A DNA stretch of 64,000 bases from Novosphingobium sp. (GTDB lineage Bacteria > Pseudomonadota > Alphaproteobacteria > Sphingomonadales > Sphingomonadaceae), in contig JAYRMP010000003.1 of assembly GCA_041912655.1 (NCBI GenBank), positions 5,711 to 69,710 of the forward strand, given 5' to 3'. The position numbers and the translations under genes were made by a program. The notes below the pieces were generated by a model. The model saw only the letters and a list, made by a program, of their open reading frames with translations. It did not search any database and was not told the DNA's origin. Of the stretch, positions 21,830 to 30,773 are shown one piece after another (within the stretch, counting starts at the first letter, position 1; every line of letters starts with the position of its first letter).

Positions 21830-23137
21830 GTGACACCGTTCCCCTGGTCCGACGTTCTGATCATCGCAGGGCTGATCCTGCTCAATGGCCTGTTCTCCAT
21901 GTCGGAGCTGGCGATCGTTTCCGCGCGCCCGGCGCGGCTGCGGCTGCTGGCGGACCGGGGCAGCAACCGGGCGAGGACCGCGCTGGACCTTGCGGCAGAC
22001 CCGGGCAAGTTCCTCTCCACGGTCCAGATCGGCATTACCCTCGTCGGGATCGTTGCGGGTGCCTATTCAGGTGCGAGCCTGGGCGGGCCGACGGGCGAGC
22101 GGCTGGCCCTGCTGGGCGTCCCGGCGGATTGGGCTCCTGAGGCCGGGTTCGCGCTGGTCATCGTCCTCACCACCTATTTCAGCCTGGTGATCGGCGAACT
22201 CGTGCCCAAGCAGGTTGCCCTGCGCGCCGCGGAGCCGATCGCGGTGCTGGCCGCCGTGCCGATGGCGCTGGTCGCGCGCGCCACCGCGCCATTCGTGTGG
22301 CTGCTCGACCGCTCCTCGAACCTGTTGCTGCGCCTGCTGGGCGTGCGCCACAAGGGTGAGGCCGGGGTGACGGCGGAAGAGCTGCACATGCTGTTCGCCG
22401 AGGCGACCCGTTCGGGCGCGATCGAGGAGGACGAGCGGCAGATCATGACCGGGATCATGAAGCTGGCCGACCGCCCGGTGCGCGAACTGATGACCCCGCG
22501 CACCGAACTCGACACGATCGACCGCCGCGCCAGCGAAGCCGAGGTCCGCGCCGCGATCAAGGACAGCCCCCATTCGCTCCTGCCTGTGGCCGATGGTTCG
22601 CCTGACAACATCGTCGGCGTGGTCAAGGTCCGCGAAGTGCTGGCCGTGCTGCTTTCGGGCAAGCGGCTGCAGATCGCCCGGCTGATGAAGAAGGCCGAGA
22701 TCATCCCCGACCAGATCGACGCGATGGACGCGCTGCGCATCCTGCAGCAGTCAGGGGTGTCGATGGCGCTGGTCCACGACGAGTACGGCCATCTGGAAGG
22801 CGTGGTCACCCCGGCCGACCTGCTCGACGCAATCGTCGGCAATTTCGCCAGCCACCAGGATGCGGGCGACGAGCCGCTGCTGGTCGAGCGCGAAGATGGT
22901 TCGCTGCTGGTCGCGGGCGCGATGCCGGCGGATTTCCTCGCCGAACGGCTCGGTATCGAGCTGCCCGATGATCGCGACTATGCGACGGCGGCGGGCTATG
23001 TCCTCTCGGTGCTCAAGCACCTGCCGCAGGAGGGTGAGCACTTTGCCGATCAGGACTGGCGGTTCGAGGTGGTCGACATGGACGGCCGCAAGATCGACAA
23101 GCTGCTGGTCAGCCGGGTCGAACCGCAAGCCGGCTGA
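21830..23137 (+). CDS. Hemolysin-family CNNM/CBS/CorC protein (TlyC-like)
   Basis: LNGLFSMSELAIVSAR, FLSTVQIGIT, GELVPK, MTPR, VHDEYG, FEVVDMDGRKIDK. Confidence 0.92.
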   Translation: MTPFPWSDVLIIAGLILLNGLFSMSELAIVSARPARLRLLADRGSNRARTALDLAADPGKFLSTVQIGITLVGIVAGAYSGASLGGPTGERLALLGVPADWAPEAGFALVIVLTTYFSLVIGELVPKQVALRAAEPIAVLAAVPMALVARATAPFVWLLDRSSNLLLRLLGVRHKGEAGVTAEELHMLFAEATRSGAIEEDERQIMTGIMKLADRPVRELMTPRTELDTIDRRASEAEVRAAIKDSPHSLLPVADGSPDNIVGVVKVREVLAVLLSGKRLQIARLMKKAEIIPDQIDAMDALRILQQSGVSMALVHDEYGHLEGVVTPADLLDAIVGNFASHQDAGDEPLLVEREDGSLLVAGAMPADFLAERLGIELPDDRDYATAAGYVLSVLKHLPQEGEHFADQDWRFEVVDMDGRKIDKLLVSRVEPQAG

Positions 23138-23143
23138 TAAAAG

Positions 23144-23171
23144 AAAAGGCCCGCAGCGGGGCGGGCCTTTC
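23144..23171. terminator. Bidirectional intrinsic terminator
   Basis: AAAGGCCCGC-AGCGGG-GCGGGCCTTT between convergent genes. Confidence 0.75.
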
Positions 23172-23191
23172 CTGCATTCCGATTGGGCGAA

Positions 23192-23614
23192 TCAGTTGCC
23201 GGCGCTGGCCCCCGCACTGGCCTGAGCCTCGCGCCCGTCACCTTCCGGCGCGGCGACGATGTCGCGGGTCACCGCGCCCTTGGCGACGGTGTTGGTGGCC
23301 GGATCGCCCACGGTCGAGCGGATCGACGGGGCGGCGACGCCGGCCTTGTTGTCCACCGTGGTTTCCACCGCGCTGCGCGGCTGGGCCGGGCCGAACAGGG
23401 CATCCTGCGCCTGCTGGGTCGTGCTGGTATCCGACGGGCGCGGCGCGCCGGGAGCCGGGGGAACCAGCGCGAAATCGGGCGGAACCACCAGCGGCGCCTG
23501 GCGCTGCACGGCGAATTCGTCCGGCCGGTCGCGACCGAGCAGCCCGCTGCTGCCGCAGCCCGCAAGCAGCGTGGCGGCGCCGGTCAGCACGATCAGGGCA
23601 GAGGTCTTGCTCAT
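23192..23614 (-). CDS. DUF3035 family lipoprotein
   Basis: LAGC lipobox, RPDEFAVQRQAPLVVPPDFAL.PP.PGAPRP; follows lspA. Confidence 0.85.
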   Translation of the reverse strand: MSKTSALIVLTGAATLLAGCGSSGLLGRDRPDEFAVQRQAPLVVPPDFALVPPAPGAPRPSDTSTTQQAQDALFGPAQPRSAVETTVDNKAGVAAPSIRSTVGDPATNTVAKGAVTRDIVAAPEGDGREAQASAGASAGN

Positions 23615-23618
23615 TGTG

Positions 23619-24140
23619 TCAAATCTCCGAGGGCTTCGCGCCCGCATCTTCATCCTCGCGCTTTTCGCGCGAAAGGAACGAACGGGCAAGGATAATCAGG
23701 ACGCCGATGGTGATCGCGGCATCGGCCAGGTTGAACACCAGGAAGGGGCGGAAATCACCGAAATGGAGGTCGGCATAGTCGACCACGAAGCCATAGTTCA
23801 CCCGGTCGCGGATGTTGCCCATCGCCCCGCCCAGCACCAGCGCCAATGGCGCGATGTCGGCCAGCAGCGTTTCGCGCAGCAGCCAGACCAGCACGACGAG
23901 GGCGATGCCCATGGTCAGCACGACCAGTCCCCAGCGCATTTCCATCGAATTGGCGGTGAGGAAGCCCAGCGAGACGCCATAGTTTTCCACCCAACTGAGG
24001 CGGAAGAACGAGACGACCTCGATCACCTGCACTTCGCGCAGCCTGATCCCGATGACCCAGGCCTTGATCGCCTGGTCGGCGAGGAACACCGCCAGGGCAA
24101 GCACCAGGCCGATCAGGCGGTTGCGGGTGAAGAGCTTCAT
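23619..24140 (-). CDS. lspA: Lipoprotein signal peptidase II
   Basis: DQAIK, NYGVSLG, GGAMGNIRDR, VVDY, FNLAD; downstream of ileS. Confidence 0.94.
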   Translation of the reverse strand: MKLFTRNRLIGLVLALAVFLADQAIKAWVIGIRLREVQVIEVVSFFRLSWVENYGVSLGFLTANSMEMRWGLVVLTMGIALVVLVWLLRETLLADIAPLALVLGGAMGNIRDRVNYGFVVDYADLHFGDFRPFLVFNLADAAITIGVLIILARSFLSREKREDEDAGAKPSEI

Positions 24141-27040
24141 TCTGCCTCGTCCATTGCCGCCACAACCTGATCGCAGCGTGAACAAAGCGCGCCGTCCTCG
24201 CTCACCTCGGGGAGGTGGCGCCAGCAGCGGCCGCATTTGTGGTGGTCGGTCTTGCGCACTTCGGTCGGGCCCTTGTGGACCGCAGCTACGATCAGCACTT
24301 CCGCCATGTCGACGTCGCCCGGATTGCCTTCGTAGGTGTATTCCGCCTGGAGGCTCGATCCGATCACCTTCTCGCGGCGGAGCGGTTCGATCTGTTCATT
24401 GGCGAGCGTGCGGGTCGCCCGGACGTCGGTCCACTTGGCGAGCAGGTCCGAAGAACCACCAACTGTGGGCACCTCCGGCCATTCCAGTAGATGCACGCTG
24501 CCCGCATCCGGATAGCGCGACGCCCAGACTTCCTCCGCCGTGAAGACCAGCACCGGGGCGGCCCAGCGGACGAGGGCGTGGAACAGCAGGTCCAGCACCG
24601 TGCGATAGGCCATGCGCTTCGGGTCGCCGGGCGCATCGCAATAGAGGCAGTCCTTGCGGATATCGAAGAAGAAGGCCGACAGGTCCTCGTTGCAGAAGTC
24701 GGTCAGCGCGCGGACATAGGCATTGAAGTCGTAGTCATTGACCGCCGTGCGCAGGTTCGCGTCCAGCTGCGCGGTGAGGGCCAGGATATAGCGTTCCAGT
24801 TCCGGCATGGCGGCCACGTCGACCCGCTCGGCCTCGCTGAAGCCGTCGAGCGCGCCCAGCAGGTAGCGGAAGGTGTTGCGCAGCTTGCGGTACTGGTCGG
24901 CCACGCCCTTGAGGATCTCGTCGCCGATGCGGTGATCCTCGGTGAAGTCGACCGACAGCGCCCACAGCCGGATGATGTCGGCGCCGTTGGTTTCCATCAC
25001 CTTCAAGGGGTCGATGGTGTTGCCAAGGCTCTTCGACATCTTCATCCCCTTGGAATCCATCGTGAATCCGTGGGTGAGGATGGACTTGTAGGGGGCCTGC
25101 CCGCGCGTCGCGCAGGATTCCAGCAGGCTCGACTGGAACCAGCCGCGATGCTGGTCGCTGCCTTCAAGGTACATGTCGGCGAGCGGGCCGGTGTAGCCTT
25201 CGGGCCGGGCGAGTTCTGGCCACTTGCCGCTTTCCAGCACGAAGGCGTGGGTCGAACCCGAATCGAACCAGACGTCGAGAATGTCGGTGACGCGCTCGTA
25301 GTCATCGGCACGGTAGCCCTCGCCGAGATATTCCTGCGCGCGTTCGTCGGACCACGCATCGACCCCGCCCGCCTTCACGGCGGCGACAATCCGGGCGTTG
25401 ACCGCCGGGTCGCTAAGGTACTGGCCGGTCTTGCGATCCACGAACAGGGTGATCGGCACGCCCCAGGCGCGCTGGCGCGAGAGCACCCAGTCGGGCCGCC
25501 CCTCGACCATGCTGCCGATGCGATTGCGGCCCTTTTCGGGGACGAAGCGGGTGGCGGCGATGGCCGCCGTCGCGGTTTCGCGCAGCGTCGCGCCGGGAGC
25601 GGCGACGCCCTCCGGCAGCGGCTTGTCCATCGGCACGAACCACTGCGGGGTGCAGCGGAAGATCACCTTGGCCTTCGAGCGCCATGAGTGCGGGTAGGAG
25701 TGCCTGTAGTCCGCCGAGGCGGCGAGCAGGCCGCCAGCTTCGCGCAGCGCCTCGCAGATCGGCCCGTCGGGCGCGTTGAACTTGGGATTGATGACCGATC
25801 CCTGCCCGCCCAGCCAGGCCCAGTCGGCGCGGTACTTGCCGTCACCCTCGACCGCGAAGACGGGGTCGATCCCGTGGGCCTTGCACAGCAGGAAGTCATC
25901 CTCGCCGTGGTCAGGCGCCATGTGGACCAGCCCCGTGCCGCTGTCGGTGGTGACGAAATCGCCGGGGAGGAACGGACGCGGCGCGGCGAAGAACCCGCCG
26001 AGCGCGTGCATCGGGTGGCGGGCCACGGTTCCGACGAGGTCGGAGCCTTTGCCGGACCAGAGTGACCTTGAAGAGAGATCAGTAAGGGCTACACCCAGAC
26101 GCCGACTAAATTCAGTCAGAATGTCGGCCTTGAACGCAGCCAGTCTCGTCTCGGCTACAAGGACTTTGCGGATGATCGTTGGCTGGCGTTCATCGTGGCT
26201 TGTATGCGGGGAATCGGAGTCTTGAGTTTGTACGAGTTTCGGCTCGCGATACTCGAGAAGCACATACTCAACCTCTGGCCCATAGGCGATCGCCTGGTTG
26301 GCTGGGATCGTCCACGGCGTCGTCGTCCAGATCACCGCATGGGCGCCGACCAGCTCCGGGATCGGGCTGTCAACAATCTCGAACGCCACGTCGATCTGGG
26401 TCGAGGTGATGTCCTCGTATTCCACTTCGGCTTCGGCCAGCGCGGTCTTTTCGACCGGGGACCACATCACCGGCTTGGCGCCGCGATAGATCATGCCGGT
26501 TTCGGCAAAGCGCAGCAGTTCGGCAACGATGGTGCCTTCGGCTTCGGGGTCCATCGTCAGGTAGGGCTTGTCCCAGTTCCCGAGGATGCCCAGCCGCTTC
26601 ACCTGCTCGCGCTGCACGTTCACCCAGTGCTGGGCATAGGCGCGGCATTCGGCGCGGAACTCGACCGGATCGACCTGATCCTTGTCGAGCTTCTTCTTGC
26701 GGTACTGCTCCTCGATCTTCCACTCGATCGGCAGGCCGTGGCAGTCCCAGCCCGGAACGTAGGGGGCGTCCTTGCCCAGCAGGGTCTGGGTGCGGCAGAC
26801 CATGTCCTTGAGGATGTGGTTCAGCGCGTGGCCGATGTGCATGTCACCGTTGGCATAGGGCGGGCCGTCATGCAGGATGAACTTCTCGCGCCCCGCGCGC
26901 GCCTCGCGCAGCTGCGCGTAGAGCCCCTGCTCTTCCCAGCGTGCCAGAATGCCCGGTTCCTTCTGGGGGAGGCCGGCCTTCATCGGGAAATCCGTCTTGG
27001 GCAGGAAGACGGTTGCTCTGTAATCGCGCTGTTCAGTCAT
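24137..27040 (-). CDS. ileS: Isoleucine-tRNA ligase (type 1)
   Basis: HDGPPYANGDMHIGH, GWDCHGLP, WTTTPWT, GTGLVHMAP, EGSDQHRGWF, KMSKS, C-terminal CGRCW...CSRC zinc site. Confidence 0.97.
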   Translation of the reverse strand: MTEQRDYRATVFLPKTDFPMKAGLPQKEPGILARWEEQGLYAQLREARAGREKFILHDGPPYANGDMHIGHALNHILKDMVCRTQTLLGKDAPYVPGWDCHGLPIEWKIEEQYRKKKLDKDQVDPVEFRAECRAYAQHWVNVQREQVKRLGILGNWDKPYLTMDPEAEGTIVAELLRFAETGMIYRGAKPVMWSPVEKTALAEAEVEYEDITSTQIDVAFEIVDSPIPELVGAHAVIWTTTPWTIPANQAIAYGPEVEYVLLEYREPKLVQTQDSDSPHTSHDERQPTIIRKVLVAETRLAAFKADILTEFSRRLGVALTDLSSRSLWSGKGSDLVGTVARHPMHALGGFFAAPRPFLPGDFVTTDSGTGLVHMAPDHGEDDFLLCKAHGIDPVFAVEGDGKYRADWAWLGGQGSVINPKFNAPDGPICEALREAGGLLAASADYRHSYPHSWRSKAKVIFRCTPQWFVPMDKPLPEGVAAPGATLRETATAAIAATRFVPEKGRNRIGSMVEGRPDWVLSRQRAWGVPITLFVDRKTGQYLSDPAVNARIVAAVKAGGVDAWSDERAQEYLGEGYRADDYERVTDILDVWFDSGSTHAFVLESGKWPELARPEGYTGPLADMYLEGSDQHRGWFQSSLLESCATRGQAPYKSILTHGFTMDSKGMKMSKSLGNTIDPLKVMETNGADIIRLWALSVDFTEDHRIGDEILKGVADQYRKLRNTFRYLLGALDGFSEAERVDVAAMPELERYILALTAQLDANLRTAVNDYDFNAYVRALTDFCNEDLSAFFFDIRKDCLYCDAPGDPKRMAYRTVLDLLFHALVRWAAPVLVFTAEEVWASRYPDAGSVHLLEWPEVPTVGGSSDLLAKWTDVRATRTLANEQIEPLRREKVIGSSLQAEYTYEGNPGDVDMAEVLIVAAVHKGPTEVRKTDHHKCGRCWRHLPEVSEDGALCSRCDQVVAAMDEAE

Positions 27041-27076
27041 GGCGCGCGGGGCCTTAGCCCGAGCGGCGCCTTTGCG

Positions 27077-28126
27077 CTAGTCCCGCGCCGCGCGGCGGGC
27101 CTCCAGCGCTTTCGCCAGCGCTTCCTCTTCCGGCGGGCGGCGGCGGTTGTAGGCTGGACGCAGCGCCGGGCCGATGGTGTAGATGTCGTCCACCATGACA
27201 TAGCCGTTGAACCCGGCGGGCACCTTGCCCAGCTGTTCGGGCAGGTCCAGCCCCATCGGCAGGCCTTCGCCGTGATTTCCGGTGATGACGATCCGCGCGC
27301 CCGCCGCTTCCATCCGGGCGATGGTGCGGTTCGGCCAGCCGGCAAAGGCCCACTGGTAATTGATCGGCACGAACAGCGTGCCATTGCGGCAGGATGCGGG
27401 GGTCAGGCCCAGCCAGCCCTGCACCAGATAGTCCCTCGTGCAGGCCTTCACCTCCTGCGGGGAGAAGGCCCAGGCGCGCGGATATCGCTGGCGCAGGCGC
27501 GGCAACAGGGCGGCGTCGGCGTTGAAGCCGTCGCCGATGGCCTCGACCTTGCGCCCGGCAGCATCCAGCGCGGCGATCAGCAGCTCCGCCTCGCCCGGGT
27601 CGCGGCTTTTCAGGGTGTAGATCAGCGGCTTTTCCGGGAGCAGCGCCAGCGCCTCGGTCAGTGTCGGGATCGCGCCTTTGCCAGTGCCGCGCAGCGGGAA
27701 GGTCTTGCCGCCGTCAGCGCTGTAGCCATAGCCGGCGTCGAGCGTCTTCAGCCGGGCAAGAGTGGCCTTGCGAACCTCGCCCGCGCCGTCGGTGCGGCAA
27801 TCGAGCGTCCAGTCATGGAACAGCACCAGCTGGCGATCGGCCGTCGGCGCGACCGTTACCGCGATGGCCTGCGCCCCCAGCCGCGCGGCCTGCGACAGGC
27901 CGGGCAGGGTGTTTTCCAGATAGTCGTGGACCGGCGGCTCGATTCGCCTCGCGGTGCAGTCCTGCGGGCCAAGGTCCTTGTGGCTGAACTGCTGCATCGT
28001 GCCGCGCTGGGCGATCAGCTTGACATAGCCGCGCGGGGCGGGGGCGAGCCAGCTGGCGTTGAGCACACTCATCCCCAGGAAGGCGAGCGCGAGGACCAGC
28101 GCCAGCCGCCTGCCCCAGCGCTTCAC
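27077..28126 (-). CDS. Glycerophosphodiester phosphodiesterase-family protein with degenerate active site
   Basis: N-terminal TM; IAQRG (for IAHRG), ENTL, TAD..LVLFHD.TLD.RT, LDAGYGY, IPTL.E. Confidence 0.85.
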   Translation of the reverse strand: MKRWGRRLALVLALAFLGMSVLNASWLAPAPRGYVKLIAQRGTMQQFSHKDLGPQDCTARRIEPPVHDYLENTLPGLSQAARLGAQAIAVTVAPTADRQLVLFHDWTLDCRTDGAGEVRKATLARLKTLDAGYGYSADGGKTFPLRGTGKGAIPTLTEALALLPEKPLIYTLKSRDPGEAELLIAALDAAGRKVEAIGDGFNADAALLPRLRQRYPRAWAFSPQEVKACTRDYLVQGWLGLTPASCRNGTLFVPINYQWAFAGWPNRTIARMEAAGARIVITGNHGEGLPMGLDLPEQLGKVPAGFNGYVMVDDIYTIGPALRPAYNRRRPPEEEALAKALEARRAARD

Positions 28127-29052
28127 GCCAGCAGCTTTCGCGCCTGCAGGCAGTCCGCCTCCATCTGCGCGGTCAGGGCTTCGAGACTGTCGAACTTGGC
28201 CTCCGGGCGGAGGAAGTGATGGAACTCCACCTCGATCTCCTGACCGTAGAGGTCACCCGAAAAATCGAAGAAGTGCGGCTCCAGCAGTTCCTTGGGCGGA
28301 TCGAAGCTGGGGCGAATGCCCATGTTCGCCGCGCCGTGGACCACCCGTCCGCCGGGCAGCGTCGCGGTGACGGCGTAGATGCCGTAGCGCGGGCGCAGGT
28401 AGTTGCCGAGCGCGAGGTTGGCGGTGGGAAAGCCGATGGTGCGCCCCACCTTGTCGCCGTGCTGGACCACGCCGCGGATCGCGAAAGGCCGGGTCAGCAG
28501 GTGGGTGGCCGTGCCGCAGTCACCCTCCTTCAGCGCCTCGCGGATGCGGCTGGAGGAAACGACCTCGCCCTCTTCGCTCACCGCGCCGACCGCGCGGGCG
28601 GAAATGCCGTGGATCGCGCCGCGCTGGCCCAGCACCTCGATGTTGCCGCCCCGGCCCCGGCCGAAAGTGAAATCCTCGCCGGTCACCACCCCCGCGACGC
28701 CGAGCCGCTTGCCGAGCAATTCGGCGATGAAGTCTTCCGCGCTGGTGCTGGCAAGTTCGGTGCCGAATTCGAACACCAGCATGGCGTCCGCGCCCGCCGC
28801 TTCGAACAGTTCCTGCCGCTGGTCCAGCGTGGTCAGGCGGAAGGGCGGCGCATCGGGCGCGAAATAGCGCACCGGGTGGGGATCGAAAGTGGCGATGATC
28901 GCGGGGCGGCCCTCGGCCCTGGCCCAGGCCAGCGCCTCGCCCGCGACGGCCTGGTGGCCGCGATGGAACCCGTCGAAATTGCCCAGCGCGATGATCGCGC
29001 CGCGCAGCGACGCGGGCATCGGATTGGAAGCGGAAAGGCGGGGTATGCTCAT
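28123..29052 (-). CDS. ribF: Bifunctional riboflavin kinase/FAD synthetase
   Basis: GNFDGFHRGH, TFDPHP, GEDFTFG, SSSRIR, GRTIGFPTAN, LRPEAKF. Confidence 0.96.
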   Translation of the reverse strand: MSIPRLSASNPMPASLRGAIIALGNFDGFHRGHQAVAGEALAWARAEGRPAIIATFDPHPVRYFAPDAPPFRLTTLDQRQELFEAAGADAMLVFEFGTELASTSAEDFIAELLGKRLGVAGVVTGEDFTFGRGRGGNIEVLGQRGAIHGISARAVGAVSEEGEVVSSSRIREALKEGDCGTATHLLTRPFAIRGVVQHGDKVGRTIGFPTANLALGNYLRPRYGIYAVTATLPGGRVVHGAANMGIRPSFDPPKELLEPHFFDFSGDLYGQEIEVEFHHFLRPEAKFDSLEALTAQMEADCLQARKLLA

Positions 29053-30260
29053 TGCTGCGGCATCTGCTCCGGTTGGGGCTCCGGCTTGACCTGCGCCAGC
29101 GGCACCAGCCCGGCACGAATCACGCGCAGCGCATTGCCGCCCATCACCGCGCGGATCTCGTCGGGGGTAAAGCCCTCGTCGAGCAGCGCCTGGGTGACCT
29201 GGACCAGCTGACCGGTATCGAACCGCACGGTCGTCGCCCCGTCATAGTCGCTGCCCAGCGCGACATATTGCACGCCGACAAGGTCCTTCACGTGCTTCAT
29301 CGCCCGCGCAGCGGCGCGCGGATCCGTATCGCAGATCGCCCCATCCCAGTAACCGATCCCGATCACCCCGCCAGTGCGGGCGACGCCCCTGATCTCGTCG
29401 TCGGAGAGGTTGCGGTTGGTCTTGCAGGTCGCCTGGACGCCGCCGTGGCTGGACACCACCGGGCGGCGCGCCATCGCCAGGATCTCGCCGACGCACTTGT
29501 GGCTGCAATGGGCGATATCGACGATCATCCCCTTGTCTTCCATCGCCGCGATGACCTTGCGGCCCAGCGGGGTGAGCCCGCCCTTGTTCACGCCGTGCAT
29601 CGATCCGGCGACGTCGTTATCGAAGAAGTGCGCCATGCCCGCCATGCGGAAACCGGCGGCGTAAAGCTTGTCGAGATTCTCGATCCGGCCCTCAAGGCTT
29701 TGCAGCCCCTCGATCGTCAGCATCGCGCCGACCGGGCCGTTACCGGCGCTGCGCGCGGCGAGCAGGGCATCGAGGCTGGCCGCGCTGTCGACCTTGCCCA
29801 GTGCGCCTGCCGATCCCGCCACCGCCCGGTCGAGCTTTTCGCCATGATAGAGCGAGCGCTGCAGCAGCGAGGTCCAGGTGCGCGGCGGCTGGAGCTGGGC
29901 CACTACCAGCGGGGTGATGTTGTCGGTATCCCCGGTATTGCCGTCATAGTTCTGCCCGCGCGGGCTCTTGGTGACGCTGGAGAACAGCTGCAGCGCGACG
30001 TTGCCCGCCTTCAGCCGGGGCAGGTCCTCGTGGCCCCGGTCGGCGGCCTTCAGCAGGTCGCGGTCCCACATCAGCGTGTCGGAATGGAGATCGACGATCT
30101 GGAGCGTCCTGTGCAGCGCCTGCGCCTCGGCACTGACCGGGGCGAGCGGCTTGCCGTCCATCCGGTTCATGCTGTTTTCGAGATAGGCCGGACCCAGCCC
30201 GAAAAAGCCCAGTGCCGCGGCGGCGACGATTCCCAGCGGTATCCACACGCGTTTGCGCAT
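29049..30260 (-). CDS. Membrane dipeptidase (peptidase M19)
   Basis: VDLHSD, TIEG, GLTPLG, VDIAH, SSHGG, RNLSD, ALGSDYDG, MGGNALR. Confidence 0.88.
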   Translation of the reverse strand: MRKRVWIPLGIVAAAALGFFGLGPAYLENSMNRMDGKPLAPVSAEAQALHRTLQIVDLHSDTLMWDRDLLKAADRGHEDLPRLKAGNVALQLFSSVTKSPRGQNYDGNTGDTDNITPLVVAQLQPPRTWTSLLQRSLYHGEKLDRAVAGSAGALGKVDSAASLDALLAARSAGNGPVGAMLTIEGLQSLEGRIENLDKLYAAGFRMAGMAHFFDNDVAGSMHGVNKGGLTPLGRKVIAAMEDKGMIVDIAHCSHKCVGEILAMARRPVVSSHGGVQATCKTNRNLSDDEIRGVARTGGVIGIGYWDGAICDTDPRAAARAMKHVKDLVGVQYVALGSDYDGATTVRFDTGQLVQVTQALLDEGFTPDEIRAVMGGNALRVIRAGLVPLAQVKPEPQPEQMPQQ

Positions 30261-30278
30261 CAGCGATCCTTCCCCCGT

Positions 30279-30773
30279 TCAGGCCGGTTTACGCACCAGC
30301 GTGACGAAATCAAAGCCCGGCGTGGCGCCTTGCGGGGGATGGGCCTCGCGAAAGGTCTCGGTCCATTCGGTGCGGTCGAGGCTGGGGAAGCGGGTGTCGC
30401 CCTGCGGCTCGGCATGAACCTCGGTCAGCTCGATCCGGTCGGCCAGCGGCAGTGCCTCGGCATAGATCTGGGCGCCGCCGAAGATCACGATCTCGGGTGC
30501 ATTGGCTAGGGTCAGCGCCTCGGCCAGCGATCCCGCGCGCTCCGTCCCCTCGGCTTCCCAGGCAGGATCGCGGGTGATGACGATGTGGCGACGGCCGGGA
30601 AGGATGCCCGGCAGCGAATCGAAGGTCTTGCGGCCCATCACCAGCGGCTTGCCCATGGTCAGGGCCTTCACCCGGCGGAAATCGGCCGAGATATGCCAGG
30701 GCATGGTCCCGCCCGCGCCGATCACCCCGTTGTCGGCCACGGCCACCACCAGCACGAGCGAAGGGCGCTTCAC
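30279..30773 (-). CDS. folA: Dihydrofolate reductase
   Basis: NGVIG...MPWH..AD, MGRKTFDSL, LPGR, GGAQIY, GDTRFP. Confidence 0.93.
   Translation of the reverse strand: MKRPSLVLVVAVADNGVIGAGGTMPWHISADFRRVKALTMGKPLVMGRKTFDSLPGILPGRRHIVITRDPAWEAEGTERAGSLAEALTLANAPEIVIFGGAQIYAEALPLADRIELTEVHAEPQGDTRFPSLDRTEWTETFREAHPPQGATPGFDFVTLVRKPA

Noticed and set aside
26061-26280. Intein or self-splicing intron in ileS
   Set aside because: Too short, lacks Cys/Ser start and His-Asn end, and shows no group I/II features; kept only as a variable segment
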